From IMG/VR virus record IMGVR_UViG_3300025645_000067, positions 2,949 to 66,948 of that record: a DNA stretch of 64,000 nt; one strand, written 5' to 3'. Position 1 is the first letter of the stretch, and the number at the start of each line of letters is the position of its first letter. The DNA comes from a virus. Shown piece after piece: positions 1-10,388 of this stretch. Under the pieces are notes generated by a model. That model was not told where the DNA came from. It worked only from the letters and a program-made list of their open reading frames with translations, and did no database searches. Both the position numbers and the translations under genes were made by a program.

Positions 1-2
1 AT

Positions 3-245
3 ACTCCATTAATAGCTAGGAGATGCCAGTATTTTAATGCCAATGCAGGAAAAGATGGTCTTTGGATGGTATTACCTTATGATAAAATGAGTCTAAAGGA
101 TTTAGCAGCCATTAGAGAGGATATTAAAAGACAGGAGGGGGAAGTTATCACTCATGCAGAGTTTGACCATCCAAATACAGGACAATTGATTAGAGTGGAT
201 TTATTAAACACAATTGATTTTTTCTTTTTAACGAGCAGTCTTTAG
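3..245 (+). CDS. tail assembly chaperone, C-terminal part (5' truncated by window)
   Basis: Open frame 3-245 ending ...LLNTIDFFFLTSSL*, directly upstream of the tape measure gene; contains slippery heptamer T TTT TTC at 218-224. Confidence 0.7.
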   Translation, partial: TPLIARRCQYFNANAGKDGLWMVLPYDKMSLKDLAAIREDIKRQEGEVITHAEFDHPNTGQLIRVDLLNTIDFFFLTSSL

Positions 246-391
246 TATGTTTTTGGGCGAATTGTGTTTTCGGTGGGATGACCTCTTTAACATTGACCGA
301 ATTAGAAAGGCTCTCGTATAAAGAAATGAATCAATTAGAGGAGATGCTACAGATGTATCAGAAAATGAAAGAAGAAGCATATAACAAATAA
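218..391 (+). CDS. -1 frameshift extension of tail assembly chaperone (G-T type)
   Basis: -1 frame is open from the slippery site to TAA at 389-391 (FLFNEQSLVCFWANCVFGGMTSLTLTELERLSYKEMNQLEEMLQMYQKMKEEAYNK*), ending 9 nt before the tape measure ATG. Confidence 0.7.
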   Translation, partial: FFLFNEQSLVCFWANCVFGGMTSLTLTELERLSYKEMNQLEEMLQMYQKMKEEAYNK

Positions 392-400
392 ATATCAATT

Positions 401-2305
401 ATGCCTTTAGGTAATTTTAACAGAGGTGGTTTAGGGTTCGGTTTAGCCTTTTCGTTGGATGATGAGTTTACTCAACCATCCAACGATATTAGAAATGCTA
501 TGAGGGGTCTAGATGCTGAGACTGATAAATTTACATCATCTATTACTAATAGCTTTAATCAAATTAAGATAGGTGCAGCTTTGCTAACAGCAGGGCTTTT
601 ATTCTTAATTCCAGCAGGTATGGGATTACAGGCAGCAGGAGAGTTAGAACAGATTAGAATAGGGTTTGACACTATGCTAAAATCAGCAGAAGTAGGAGGT
701 AAAGTATTGGCAGATTTAAAGCACTTTTCTGATGTTACCCCGTTTACCTCAGAGCAGGTAATTAATGGGGGTAGAGCACTGGTAAGTTATGACCAAGATG
801 TCAGTAAATTAATTCCTAGGATGCAAATGTTAGGAGATGTGGCAGCAAGTGGTATCATAAACTTATCGGATTTAATTGATATTTATGGAAAGAATTTATT
901 ACAGCCTTATTTAGAGCGTAGAGATATTATGCAAATGGCTAGTAGAGGTATCCCAATTATACAAGCTTTAGCGGATGTTATGGGAGTAGCTAGTACGGAA
1001 GTACTAGGATTAGCCTCTAAACAGAAAATTACAGCAGATATAATGGAGGATGCCTTTAAAAGGATGACTACAGGAGATGGAGTATTTACAGGATTAATGG
1101 AAAAACAAAGTCAGTCCATGAATGGATTAATAAGTACTCTAAAATCTTACTTGCATCAAGTAATTTTATCTTTTGGTGAGCCTTTGATACCACTAGTAAA
1201 ACCAGTAATTAGATTTTTTATAGATTTAGCTCAGAAAGTTAGAGACTTTATGAGAACGGACTTGGGAAAAGGAATAGCTTTGACTATAACAGCAATAGGA
1301 GGCTTGCTTACAATAGGAGGCGGTTTACTATTGTTTGTAGGAACAGCCAAGATAGCCATAGGAGGGCTAATGGCAACGGTAGGTTTGTCAATTCCAATGC
1401 TGGGGGCGTTGTTAGTTAACGTTCTTGCCGTTGTCGCTCCTGTAGCTTTATTAGGTTTTACAATCTATAAGGCGGTAAGGGCATTCCAAGACATGGAAAC
1501 ACCTGCTAATGGTTTCCTAGGATTTCTACAAAGATTAGGGGGCTATATTACAACCATTAATCAAGTTTGGAAAAGCTGGGATAGATTGACAGGTACTTTC
1601 AGCTTAACCAATGACTTGAAAAAGAAATTAGATAATTTGGGTATTTTAGATACTGCTCTAGCTATTGGTACGTGGGTTGTAAGGGTAAAAGAGTTCTTTT
1701 ATGGGGTATATGAAGGTATGAGTAATTTGTACGCTAGAATAAGCCCTATACTGACTAATTTGTATGAGGCATTCACAGGTACAGTTAATGGAATGTTTGA
1801 TTTATTTGATGTGACATTAGGTAAAAATACATCCAGTTTAGAAAGGTGGAGTATGGCAGGTCAAAATTATGCTGATTTAGTAGTTTTAGCCTTGACTCCT
1901 TTAATTTGGTTAATGGAAACGATTACCTATTTCCTTGATACGATGACTGAGGCAGTAGATGGATTCCAAAGTAAGAATTGGAGTCAATTACTTTTAGGAA
2001 ATACGGTAAGTGAATATTTAGGTTTAAGTGAAGAGCCTACTTCTAAAGTTAATAGGGGGAACTCTTCGAACTTCGGTAAACCTCAAAGTAGACTTAAATT
2101 AGCAGGAGGTTTAGATACTGGTATAGGAGCTACAGCAGTAAAGTTCCAAGGCAAAACGATGATGCGACCACCAGAGGTAGCACAAGTACAAGATAATATA
2201 GGAGGAGGGCAACCTATGGTAATACATACTTTTGTACAATTGGAAGGAGATACTATTGCCACAGCTATAAATAATGTAAATGAGTTCAACGATTCAAGAC
2301 AATGA
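401..2305 (+). CDS. tail tape measure protein
   Basis: 634 aa, Ala/Gly/Leu-rich and helical; tape-measure motifs (LEQIRIGFDTMLKS, TPF, GLMEKQSQSMNGLISTLK); position after the chaperone. Confidence 0.92.
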   Translation: MPLGNFNRGGLGFGLAFSLDDEFTQPSNDIRNAMRGLDAETDKFTSSITNSFNQIKIGAALLTAGLLFLIPAGMGLQAAGELEQIRIGFDTMLKSAEVGGKVLADLKHFSDVTPFTSEQVINGGRALVSYDQDVSKLIPRMQMLGDVAASGIINLSDLIDIYGKNLLQPYLERRDIMQMASRGIPIIQALADVMGVASTEVLGLASKQKITADIMEDAFKRMTTGDGVFTGLMEKQSQSMNGLISTLKSYLHQVILSFGEPLIPLVKPVIRFFIDLAQKVRDFMRTDLGKGIALTITAIGGLLTIGGGLLLFVGTAKIAIGGLMATVGLSIPMLGALLVNVLAVVAPVALLGFTIYKAVRAFQDMETPANGFLGFLQRLGGYITTINQVWKSWDRLTGTFSLTNDLKKKLDNLGILDTALAIGTWVVRVKEFFYGVYEGMSNLYARISPILTNLYEAFTGTVNGMFDLFDVTLGKNTSSLERWSMAGQNYADLVVLALTPLIWLMETITYFLDTMTEAVDGFQSKNWSQLLLGNTVSEYLGLSEEPTSKVNRGNSSNFGKPQSRLKLAGGLDTGIGATAVKFQGKTMMRPPEVAQVQDNIGGGQPMVIHTFVQLEGDTIATAINNVNEFNDSRQ

Positions 2306-2766
2306 TTTTAAACAACGGTAACTTATTAATTATTGGGTTAGAAACTTTAGAGCGTATTGAAATCCAATATATACCAGAGAATTTGAATCTATCTAGAAAT
2401 GCCTCTATAAATGAGATAGGAGTAATAGGTAGAAATACTCCTTTGTTCCAACACTCAGGAGGAAGTACAGACTTGACTATGAATTTAGATTTTCATTCAG
2501 TAGCCGAAAGTCGCACAGACGTTCTAAAGAAGGTAAATTGGTTAAGGTCACTAACTTATAATGATGGCTTTAATAGACCTGCTCAGAAGGTTAAAATCGT
2601 TTTTGGGGATATTTTTAGGCATGAGTTATGGGTAGTTAAAAGAGTATCGGCTAATTTGTCTTTATTTGACCCTCAATTTGAATACTTACCTAAACAGGCT
2701 TATGTAACGGTAACTTTTGGTTTAGACCCTCAATTAAATTTCACTTGGAACAATTTACTAAGATGA
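2302..2766 (+). CDS. tail tube initiator / baseplate protein (P2 gpU-like)
   Basis: 154 aa directly after the tape measure gene; QYIPENL...IGVIGRNTPLFQHSGG pattern. Confidence 0.65.
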   Translation: MILNNGNLLIIGLETLERIEIQYIPENLNLSRNASINEIGVIGRNTPLFQHSGGSTDLTMNLDFHSVAESRTDVLKKVNWLRSLTYNDGFNRPAQKVKIVFGDIFRHELWVVKRVSANLSLFDPQFEYLPKQAYVTVTFGLDPQLNFTWNNLLR

Positions 2767-3074
2767 TAGAAGTAAACAGTAACAATTTATTTAGAAATGG
2801 TAAGGTGCATCAATTTGACAATGGAGATGACTTACTAATTAGAGAACCTATAGAAAAGGAGGGTACTTTAGAGGATGAATACCATGTACTAGCTAAGAAT
2901 GAGGAGTTAGATTATTTAGCTTGGAAATTCTATAGATATAATGTACAAGACCCTAGTAAATTTTGGTGGATTATTGCGGATGTAAATAAGATAACCAATC
3001 CACTAGATTTAACCGATTTGATAGGAACGACTTTATTAATACCAAATATTACAAAGGTATTAATCGAACTTTAA
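2763..3074 (+). CDS. LysM-like baseplate protein (P2 gpX / T4 gp53-like)
   Basis: ELDYLAWKFY...WWIIADVNKITNPL...LLIP motif; ATG overlaps the upstream stop. Confidence 0.75.
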   Translation: MIEVNSNNLFRNGKVHQFDNGDDLLIREPIEKEGTLEDEYHVLAKNEELDYLAWKFYRYNVQDPSKFWWIIADVNKITNPLDLTDLIGTTLLIPNITKVLIEL

Positions 3075-3093
3075 TGATGTTTTTAATATGAAT

Positions 3094-3131
3094 AGGCGGT
3101 AAGAAAGTTCTTTGCATTCTTACCGCTTTTA
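3094..3131 (+). terminator. intrinsic terminator-like hairpin
   Basis: aggcggtaagaa...ttcttaccgcttt followed by T-run. Confidence 0.6.
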
Positions 3132-3145
3132 TAAAACTAAGTTTA

Positions 3146-4351
3146 ATGCAGACTCACTACCTCAAAGTGTTTATTGACTCCGATGGTAAAAAGGATATAT
3201 CCCACATGGTGGATAGCCTTACCTATGAGGACTCTATAAAAGAGGCTAATGTATTAGTATTGAATATTAATGTAAAGTTTATAGAAAATTTTAAATCAGA
3301 TGTAAACCTAAAAACAGGACAAACTTTAACTTTCCAATTTGGCTATTTAGCAGGTTTAGCCTCTAAATTTTATAAGGTCAGGGTAACAGATATTGAGTAT
3401 AGGTATGGTAAGATTATCAATCTAAGAGTAAAAGGATTAGATAAAGGAACAACTTTAAAGAAAGTAGCCTCTAGAAAAATATGGAAGGATAAAACTACCA
3501 AAGAAATTGTAACAGAAATAGGAGCTAAATATGATTTATCAATTATAACGGATAGTGATGGTAGAACATGGGATAGTTTACCACAGGGTGGATTAGATGA
3601 CTTTGAATTTCTTCAACAATTGGCTCTAAAGGAGAAGGATGGTAATTATATCTGTTTTATCCAATCAGATAACTTGCATTTTGTACGTAGAGGACTTGAC
3701 AAGGAAAGTAAATTGATATTTCTTTATGGTCATCCAGAAAGTGGTATACTTAGTTTTAATGTTGGATTGAAAGAAAGTACTACTAAATCAGAATCACAAA
3801 AAACGAATATAGTAGGGATTAAATCCAATAATGAAAAAGTAGCGGTAGAGACTACCAATAGTTCAGAATTAAATGATATTACCCTAGGTTCGTATAAATA
3901 TGTGTATGATGAGAATGGAGATGAAATAGGTAGAGTACCTTTGGTAAATAAGACCATACCAGTACCTCATAAGGATGCAGGAGTAGTAAGTAATATTTCC
4001 AACTCTCTTAAAAAATCGAATGCCTTAAGTAAGTTAAAAGCTAGTTTAGAAATTTATGGAAATCCTACTTTAGAATCTAATGAGATTATAACCATAGGAG
4101 GTGTATTTGATGCTCATAAAGGTAATTATCTAATTGAGAAGATTGTACATAAGATTAGCTCCACTTATATTAGTAGCCTCCAATTAAAAAAGAATGGTAA
4201 ACAAGTAACTACCTCTAAAGCAGCAGATAAAAAGAATGTTAAGCAGGGAAGTAATTTGACTAAAGAAAAGAAAATATCTTTGACTATTTTTGATGCCGAT
4301 GGTAATGAGATAGCTAATGTAGACAATAATTTATATCAACCACCACAATAA
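3146..4351 (+). CDS. baseplate hub (P2 gpD-like)
   Basis: 401 aa; QGGLDDFEFLQQLA and GNPTL...GNYLIEKIVHKI motifs; position before the spike. Confidence 0.8.
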   Translation: MQTHYLKVFIDSDGKKDISHMVDSLTYEDSIKEANVLVLNINVKFIENFKSDVNLKTGQTLTFQFGYLAGLASKFYKVRVTDIEYRYGKIINLRVKGLDKGTTLKKVASRKIWKDKTTKEIVTEIGAKYDLSIITDSDGRTWDSLPQGGLDDFEFLQQLALKEKDGNYICFIQSDNLHFVRRGLDKESKLIFLYGHPESGILSFNVGLKESTTKSESQKTNIVGIKSNNEKVAVETTNSSELNDITLGSYKYVYDENGDEIGRVPLVNKTIPVPHKDAGVVSNISNSLKKSNALSKLKASLEIYGNPTLESNEIITIGGVFDAHKGNYLIEKIVHKISSTYISSLQLKKNGKQVTTSKAADKKNVKQGSNLTKEKKISLTIFDADGNEIANVDNNLYQPPQ

Positions 4352-5031
4352 TGCTAGTACAATTTAAACAGATATTACAAAGATTTGGGCTAGAGTATTG
4401 GAATAAGTACTATGGAGTTTATAGGGGTTCGGTGTATGATAATAAAGACCCTGACAAACTAGGTAGGTTAAAACTGATAGTACCGCAAGTTTGGGAGCAA
4501 GACCATCATAATTATTGGTGTAATGCCGTTGGTACACCATCTGGTAATAATACAGGTCTTTTAGCTGTACCAGATATTGGTGAGACAGTTTGGGTAATGT
4601 TTGAGAATGGTAATCCAGAGTTCCCCGTATGGTTACATGGTTGGTTTAAGCCTACAGAAGGGATTACAGATGATTCTAGCAACTATCCAGAGACTATGGT
4701 ACTATCACATCGTTCGGGCAATAAAATAGTCTTAAATGGAGAATATTTGAGTTTGGTAAGACAAAAGAGAATATCTTTAGGGCAATTAGGAGGAAGTGCA
4801 GAACCAGTAGTATTGGGAGATAAGAACGAAATAGTATTAAATGAGATACTTTCAGAGCTAAAAATGTTAAAGACCCAAGTACAGCAACTAAGTACAGCCT
4901 TTCCACCTACACCAAGTGGGGTATCTGTAATAGCACAATCCCAAGCAGCATTAATACAATTAACTGTAGATATTGCAGCTACGGAAGCAAAAGTAAAATC
5001 TACTAAATCTAATAACGTAACTACAGACTGA
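4351..5031 (+). CDS. baseplate spike (gpV / gp5 OB-fold)
   Basis: YRGSVYDNKDPDKLGRLKL...VPDIGETVWVMFENGNPEFPVW. Confidence 0.9.
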   Translation: MLVQFKQILQRFGLEYWNKYYGVYRGSVYDNKDPDKLGRLKLIVPQVWEQDHHNYWCNAVGTPSGNNTGLLAVPDIGETVWVMFENGNPEFPVWLHGWFKPTEGITDDSSNYPETMVLSHRSGNKIVLNGEYLSLVRQKRISLGQLGGSAEPVVLGDKNEIVLNEILSELKMLKTQVQQLSTAFPPTPSGVSVIAQSQAALIQLTVDIAATEAKVKSTKSNNVTTD

Positions 5032-5420
5032 TGTTTTATAAATTTTTAGGAACAGCTTTAAAGGATGGAGTAGATATAGTAAATGGTAAATGGACTATAG
5101 CTTACGGTAAGACTGTAGTGGAACAGTCTATTAACCGATTGCTTAGGACTCCGATAGGGGAACGTTTCTTCCTTAGAGAATATGGTAGTAGATTAGACGA
5201 ACTACTATTTCAACCAAATGACCAAGTATTAAATAGCCTCCTTAGACAATTTATAAGAGAAAGCATTGATACGTGGGAGGGTAGAGCTAAATTTGTAGAT
5301 TTACAAATACATACAACTGATGACCCTCAAAAGTTAACTTGTGTGGTAGAGTATAAACTTTTACCATCCAATGAAATTAATAGTTTTGTATTTCCTTTTT
5401 TCAAAGAACTAATATACTAA
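5031..5420 (+). CDS. baseplate wedge / sheath initiator (gp25 / gpW family)
   Basis: QSINRLLRTPIGERFFLREYGSRL...LFQP...WEGR motif. Confidence 0.9.
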   Translation: MFYKFLGTALKDGVDIVNGKWTIAYGKTVVEQSINRLLRTPIGERFFLREYGSRLDELLFQPNDQVLNSLLRQFIRESIDTWEGRAKFVDLQIHTTDDPQKLTCVVEYKLLPSNEINSFVFPFFKELIY

Positions 5421-5424
5421 GAAT

Positions 5425-7083
5425 ATGCCATTACAAAATAAATGGGTTAAATATATCGACCGAACCTACACCCAAATTAAGGATTCGGTATTAGTCCGTA
5501 TGAAAACAGCCATACCAGAAATAACCGATTTAACAGAAGGTAATATTTTCGTTAAATTAATTAGTGTTTGGTCAGGACTAATGGAAATGATTGGCTATTA
5601 TATTGATAATGCAGCTAGGGAGTCTTTATTGTTAAAAGCAAGGCTGTATGAATCAGTAATACAAATAGCTAAGGCTAATAATTATAGGGTTAAAACAAAG
5701 AGTTATGCTAGTGTAGATTTATTGTTTACGTTGGATAACCCAGCAGCTACACCCGTAGTTTTTGGATTAAATAGTGAAGTTACGGATAGTAGCGGTACGA
5801 TTAGATTTTTTACAAGTGCCGTAGGTACTATAGGAGTAGGAGAAACCCAAGTATTAATACCATCCATCCAAGGAGTGCAACAAACTAATATTGCAGTAGG
5901 TACAACTACAGGCATTATCAATGAAAGTATGATTATTGGGGATATATTTGTAGCTGATAATACATTAGTAGTTAGGGTAGGAGGTGTAACATGGTCAAGG
6001 GTAGAAAGCTTAGGCTATTCAAATGGAACTGATACCCACTTTATACAGACTATTGATAAAGATAAAAATCCAATTATTCAATTTGGTGACGATGTGAATG
6101 GAGCAGTACCTACCAATGGCTCAGTTATTGAAGTAGATTATAAGACCACCTTAGGAGATTTAGGCAATGTACCTGCTAATACTATCACTACCCATGCAAT
6201 AACTCCACCAGTAGGCTATATTCTTACAATAACCAATCCTATAGCAGCTACAGGAGGAAGTGATTTTGAAAGTATAGAAAAGCTAAGGTATAGAGTACCT
6301 AGAGCAACCAGAACACTTTTAAGGATGGTTACTAGACAGGATTATATTGATGTCACAGAATTAGCTACAGGAGTAGCCTTAGTGGGAGTGGTACATGATT
6401 GCGGTAAGGATGTAGATATTTACATAGTACCAGAAGGAGGAGGTATAGCATCTACTCAATTGATTACGGATACAGGTAATTTTATTGAAGATAAGCGATT
6501 GATAGCGGTAGGTGTAAATGTGAAAGCAGCAGGAGAGGTTAACATCATTTTAGATATTGATGTGAAGGTAAATGCTAATGAGTCCAATGTAGTAGTGGCT
6601 AATAGGGTTACCAATAATTTAGCAGACTTCCTATCAGTACTTAATCAAAAGATTTTTGGTACAGTATATTTATCAGATATTTATAATGTGATAGAAGAAA
6701 CGGAAGGGGTAAGGAACTCAGTAATAAATTTAATTAATACTATACCTTTTGCAAGAGCAGTCACAACAACTACCGCTTTAGATTGGACTAGGGCGGTTTT
6801 AAGTCAATCCAATAGTATTGTTAAATGGAGAATTAGAATTATATCTGCCACTCAATATCAATTATTTAAGGACGGCTCTTTTATCGCAGCTTATGATTTA
6901 GATGTACTGGTAGTACAGAATGAAGTACAATTTACAGTAATAGATTCAGTTACTTATTCAATTAACGATGAATGGGAGTTTTATACCTACCCATACCAAG
7001 CTAATACTTTGGCGATTGTAGAGCCTAGTTTACCTGTTGCTATAGCTGATAATATTACTGTTAATGCTACAGGAGGTTTATAA
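5425..7083 (+). CDS. baseplate wedge protein J (T4 gp6-like)
   Basis: DRTYTQIK...PEITD; QFGDDVNG; ATGGSDFESIEKLR...RMVTRQDY. Confidence 0.9.
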   Translation: MPLQNKWVKYIDRTYTQIKDSVLVRMKTAIPEITDLTEGNIFVKLISVWSGLMEMIGYYIDNAARESLLLKARLYESVIQIAKANNYRVKTKSYASVDLLFTLDNPAATPVVFGLNSEVTDSSGTIRFFTSAVGTIGVGETQVLIPSIQGVQQTNIAVGTTTGIINESMIIGDIFVADNTLVVRVGGVTWSRVESLGYSNGTDTHFIQTIDKDKNPIIQFGDDVNGAVPTNGSVIEVDYKTTLGDLGNVPANTITTHAITPPVGYILTITNPIAATGGSDFESIEKLRYRVPRATRTLLRMVTRQDYIDVTELATGVALVGVVHDCGKDVDIYIVPEGGGIASTQLITDTGNFIEDKRLIAVGVNVKAAGEVNIILDIDVKVNANESNVVVANRVTNNLADFLSVLNQKIFGTVYLSDIYNVIEETEGVRNSVINLINTIPFARAVTTTTALDWTRAVLSQSNSIVKWRIRIISATQYQLFKDGSFIAAYDLDVLVVQNEVQFTVIDSVTYSINDEWEFYTYPYQANTLAIVEPSLPVAIADNITVNATGGL

Positions 7084-7106
7084 TTCATTGTTTTTAAAGT
7101 AAATTT

Positions 7107-7772
7107 ATGTGGAACTTAAAAGATAATATATTTTCATATTTTGGTAGGTATGAGAAGGAGATAGACCCCAACAAAGACATAAATAATAAAGGTACTTTGG
7201 AGAGGTTTAACGAGTCAATGGCAGAAGAGTTTGATGTCGTGTACGCTCCTCTAATTACAAACCTGTTTGATAATGTATTAAATCCTGTTACGAATCTAGA
7301 AGTTTATCTAGATTGTTTGTTAGAACAATTGGGAGGAGAAGAGGTAATAATTTCTTTGGATTTAACTATCCAAAGAAATCTAGTTAAGTACATCCATGAT
7401 TACTACAGGGTAAAAGGCACTATTTTAGGTTATCAATTACTTTTATCTCTAATAAGTTTGGAGGGAGTCTTTGTGGAGTTTGATAATGATTTTACTTTCG
7501 ATGGTGATACTACCATACTGGATGACGATGTTAGATTTTTAGATAGTGGTGCATGTAATGATTGTTTGGAATATGAGATAACTGTTAACAGGATAACAGG
7601 TGCAGGAGATTTGACAGAAGCCGAGACTACTGCAATAAAAAACATTATAAAATTTAATCAACCTATAAACGTAAAGATAAGAACATTGATAGATGGTAAT
7701 AGCGGTGCTCCAATTGAATTAGGAGATTTCGACCCTGTTGCGTACAATGTTGATTACTTCACATCAAATTAA
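7107..7772 (+). CDS. baseplate / tail protein I (P2 gpI-like)
   Basis: YYRVKGTILGY...IIKFNQPINV; lies between gpJ and the fibre gene. Confidence 0.7.
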   Translation: MWNLKDNIFSYFGRYEKEIDPNKDINNKGTLERFNESMAEEFDVVYAPLITNLFDNVLNPVTNLEVYLDCLLEQLGGEEVIISLDLTIQRNLVKYIHDYYRVKGTILGYQLLLSLISLEGVFVEFDNDFTFDGDTTILDDDVRFLDSGACNDCLEYEITVNRITGAGDLTEAETTAIKNIIKFNQPINVKIRTLIDGNSGAPIELGDFDPVAYNVDYFTSN

Positions 7773-7778
7773 AATAAT

Positions 7779-9509
7779 ATGGCTACAGGAGCAGCACAAG
7801 ATAGATTCCACGAATTTAAAGATAATGATACTACCCTTTGGATGAATTGGAAAAATAGTAGCTATCATCCAAAAGGAAGGTATGCAGGGTTTGATTACGA
7901 TAATACTAGTGCTAATTTAACTTTAAAGTTAAACCACGCCTCTAGTGGTTGGGCAAAGGTGGAGCTAGATACCGCAATAGTAAATAATAAGGGGGTTTGG
8001 ACAACCAATCAAGGAGTTAACATCGTAGAGCATGAAGGTATTACTTTGACAGTAGAGGCTAATGCTACAGGTAATTATAGAATTGATTTAATTATAGGTA
8101 CTCATGCCTATAATCAATTAATTGGCGGTCAACTAGGTACATACTCAGTAATTAAAGGAGTAGCAGCAGCTACACCAGTAGAGCCTAGTTTACCTAATCC
8201 TAATCAAGATGTAATTATAGGTAGGCTGTATGTTAGTCCTAATGGTGCAGCCGTTACAGACATGCAGTATATACCTGCTAGTGTACCTACGCTTAGTGCA
8301 GGTGTACGAACAGACAAAGAGAATACATTTACTGACAAGCAAACTATAAAGTCTCTACAAGGAGCTATGCTAGTGGCTAGTATTGATGAGAATACAAATA
8401 ACACCATAGTACTTGCTCCAATCAATCCAGAAGCAATACCTACTGAGCAAAAAATAGGTAACTTTTATGAGTTGGTTATTACCAATGATGCAGGAGGGGA
8501 TGATATAGTATTTGTAGATAATATTTTACCAGAAATTAATGTAGCAGATGGTTTTAGGGTCTGGATTAAGACACCTACTAGATTATGGTTTATCACTAAT
8601 GGTCTAAGTGGGATTATGTCGCCTAGGAATAACGCTGAATTTATTGTACATGAAGGAGAATTTTTTGAGGTAGTACGGATTAATGGTAAGTGGCTAGTAT
8701 CTGATAGTGGGGCTAGAACTTCCTTTTACCCTAATAAATTTAGAGGCATCCAAGCATGGAATGGAATACCAGTAAGCTTGGTAGATAATAAGCTAGGAGG
8801 GTTCAATTTAGATGGTAGTCTATTTGAATTAGGTAACCTTTGGGAAATTAATAATAGTGGTTCTGAAACCATCAATTATATCCATAGCCCTAAGCATGTT
8901 AGATTTGGAGAAGAGAGGGGAACAATGATAAATGTTTTTATTAAAAATGAAGGTACTATTACCTTTGCTCACGATGCAGCCAATGTACCTGTAAATTATA
9001 AACCTATTAAGATAGGAGCAGGTAAAGACTATATAATTAGTGGGGATGGTTTAATTATTCAATTGGTTGAGACTGAAACACATTGGTTAGTAGTTAACCA
9101 AGGAGAAAGCGGTAGTTTATCAGAAGATTGGATTAATGTAACAGGAGATTTAGATGGTAGTAAGTTTGCCTCTGCTCTGGTAGGTGTACCTCAGATTAGT
9201 TATAGGAAGGAAGGTAACTTATTAAGGCTTAGAGGAGTACTGAAAATTTTCCATGCAGGACAAGCAACAGGTAACCCTATTGGAGAAGTATTTACTTTGC
9301 CTTTGTCTCATAGACCCAAGCAGAATTGGTATAGGAAAATTAGAATATATCCCAATGCTGCTAATTTAGACTCTAGCAGTTTAACAGGAGATAGAGTGGT
9401 ACTAATAACCATAAGTACTTTAGGCTCAGTCTTTTTGTCAGGAGGTCAAGGAGATTTAACTGAGGACATGAGGCTATCTTTGGATGGTTTGATGATTGAC
9501 CTAAAATAA
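7779..9509 (+). CDS. tail fibre / receptor-binding protein
   Basis: N-terminal RIDLII...SVIKG anchor; C-terminal YRKEGNLLRLRG...VFTLPLSHRP head-type domain; last gene of the baseplate operon. Confidence 0.8.
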   Translation: MATGAAQDRFHEFKDNDTTLWMNWKNSSYHPKGRYAGFDYDNTSANLTLKLNHASSGWAKVELDTAIVNNKGVWTTNQGVNIVEHEGITLTVEANATGNYRIDLIIGTHAYNQLIGGQLGTYSVIKGVAAATPVEPSLPNPNQDVIIGRLYVSPNGAAVTDMQYIPASVPTLSAGVRTDKENTFTDKQTIKSLQGAMLVASIDENTNNTIVLAPINPEAIPTEQKIGNFYELVITNDAGGDDIVFVDNILPEINVADGFRVWIKTPTRLWFITNGLSGIMSPRNNAEFIVHEGEFFEVVRINGKWLVSDSGARTSFYPNKFRGIQAWNGIPVSLVDNKLGGFNLDGSLFELGNLWEINNSGSETINYIHSPKHVRFGEERGTMINVFIKNEGTITFAHDAANVPVNYKPIKIGAGKDYIISGDGLIIQLVETETHWLVVNQGESGSLSEDWINVTGDLDGSKFASALVGVPQISYRKEGNLLRLRGVLKIFHAGQATGNPIGEVFTLPLSHRPKQNWYRKIRIYPNAANLDSSSLTGDRVVLITISTLGSVFLSGGQGDLTEDMRLSLDGLMIDLK

Positions 9510-9555
9510 ATCGAAAATAATTTCAAAAGCCATAGCTGATAATCAAACAGTTATG

Positions 9556-9597
9556 AAATCTAGTAAATCTTTTATTAAATTTACTAGATTTTTTTTT
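9556..9597 (+). terminator. intrinsic terminator ending the tail operon
   Basis: 13-bp stem aaatctagtaaat/atttactagattt followed by T-run. Confidence 0.75.
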
Positions 9598-9607
9598 GTA
9601 AAATCCT

Positions 9608-9638
9608 TTTTATAACTATAAAATAATCGTATCTTTAC
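9608..9638 (+). promoter_or_regulatory. repeated promoter cassette (palindrome TTTTATAACTATAAAA + TATCTTTAC), copy 1
   Basis: Same motif at 20560, 34544, 38891, 45647 and 49588, always upstream of an ATG; TATCTTTA resembles the Bacteroidota -7 box TAnnTTTG. Confidence 0.8.
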
Positions 9639-9687
9639 ATCATCAAATAAAATAACTGAATAACTGTAAACTGAAAAATACCTAATA

Positions 9688-10362
9688 ATGTCAAATCTTA
9701 CTACCTTAGTACAAGAATCCCAACCTTTCTATAAAATTCAAAATTCTGGATTAAGAAATCTCACAAATACTGATTTATTGTCTTTTATCATTTCCCAATC
9801 AGGCAAGCAATGGTCACAGGTAGCAGCTAATGAAATATTATTGATGGCTAACGGTAATCTATCAGATGTGGCTAAACTATCCATTAAGGAGCTTACAAGT
9901 ATCCAAAATATAGGGGTTAAAACTGCACACATAATTTTGACAACTTTAGAGGCAGGAAGAAGAATGTCACATGAAGATAATTATCAGATGAAAGTGACTT
10001 GTAGCAGAGACTTTTACAAAATTCTAGCAAGTAGATTGAACGACCTAGCACATGAGGAAGTTTGGGTAATTTTCCTAAACAGAGCTAATAATTTATTAAA
10101 TGTGTACAAACATACTCAGGGTGGAATGGCTAGTTCCATAGTGGACAACAGATTGATTTTTAAGAAGGGTTTCGAGGTCGGTGCTACATCAATGTGTATT
10201 GCTCATAACCATCCATCCAAAAATTTATTTCCTTCCCCAGAAGATTTAAAAATGACTAAGAAATTAAAGGAGGCAGGAAATATAGTAGGTATCACATTAT
10301 TAGACTCCTTGATTATTGGAGAGAATAATTATTACTCCTTCGCTGATGAGGGAAAAATGTAA
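9688..10362 (+). CDS. radC: RadC / JAB-domain protein
   Basis: N-terminal HhH (IQNIGVKTA); EEVWVIFLNRAN; AHNHPS...PSPED...LLDSLIIG...YYSFADEG. Confidence 0.92.
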   Translation: MSNLTTLVQESQPFYKIQNSGLRNLTNTDLLSFIISQSGKQWSQVAANEILLMANGNLSDVAKLSIKELTSIQNIGVKTAHIILTTLEAGRRMSHEDNYQMKVTCSRDFYKILASRLNDLAHEEVWVIFLNRANNLLNVYKHTQGGMASSIVDNRLIFKKGFEVGATSMCIAHNHPSKNLFPSPEDLKMTKKLKEAGNIVGITLLDSLIIGENNYYSFADEGKM

Positions 10363-10388
10363 ATTTAATCACAAAAAATATTTGAATT

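Noticed and set aside
7086-7096. cattgttttta complementary to the 34213 gene start (taaaaacaatg)
   Set aside because: Only 11 AT-rich nt and no terminator or promoter to define an RNA; likely chance.
401-9509. Extracellular contractile injection system or tailocin
   Set aside because: Terminase, portal, capsid and replication genes in the same window indicate a complete phage.
7779-9509. Diversity-generating retroelement or invertible fibre cassette
   Set aside because: No reverse transcriptase, invertase or adenine-variable template repeat seen in the window.
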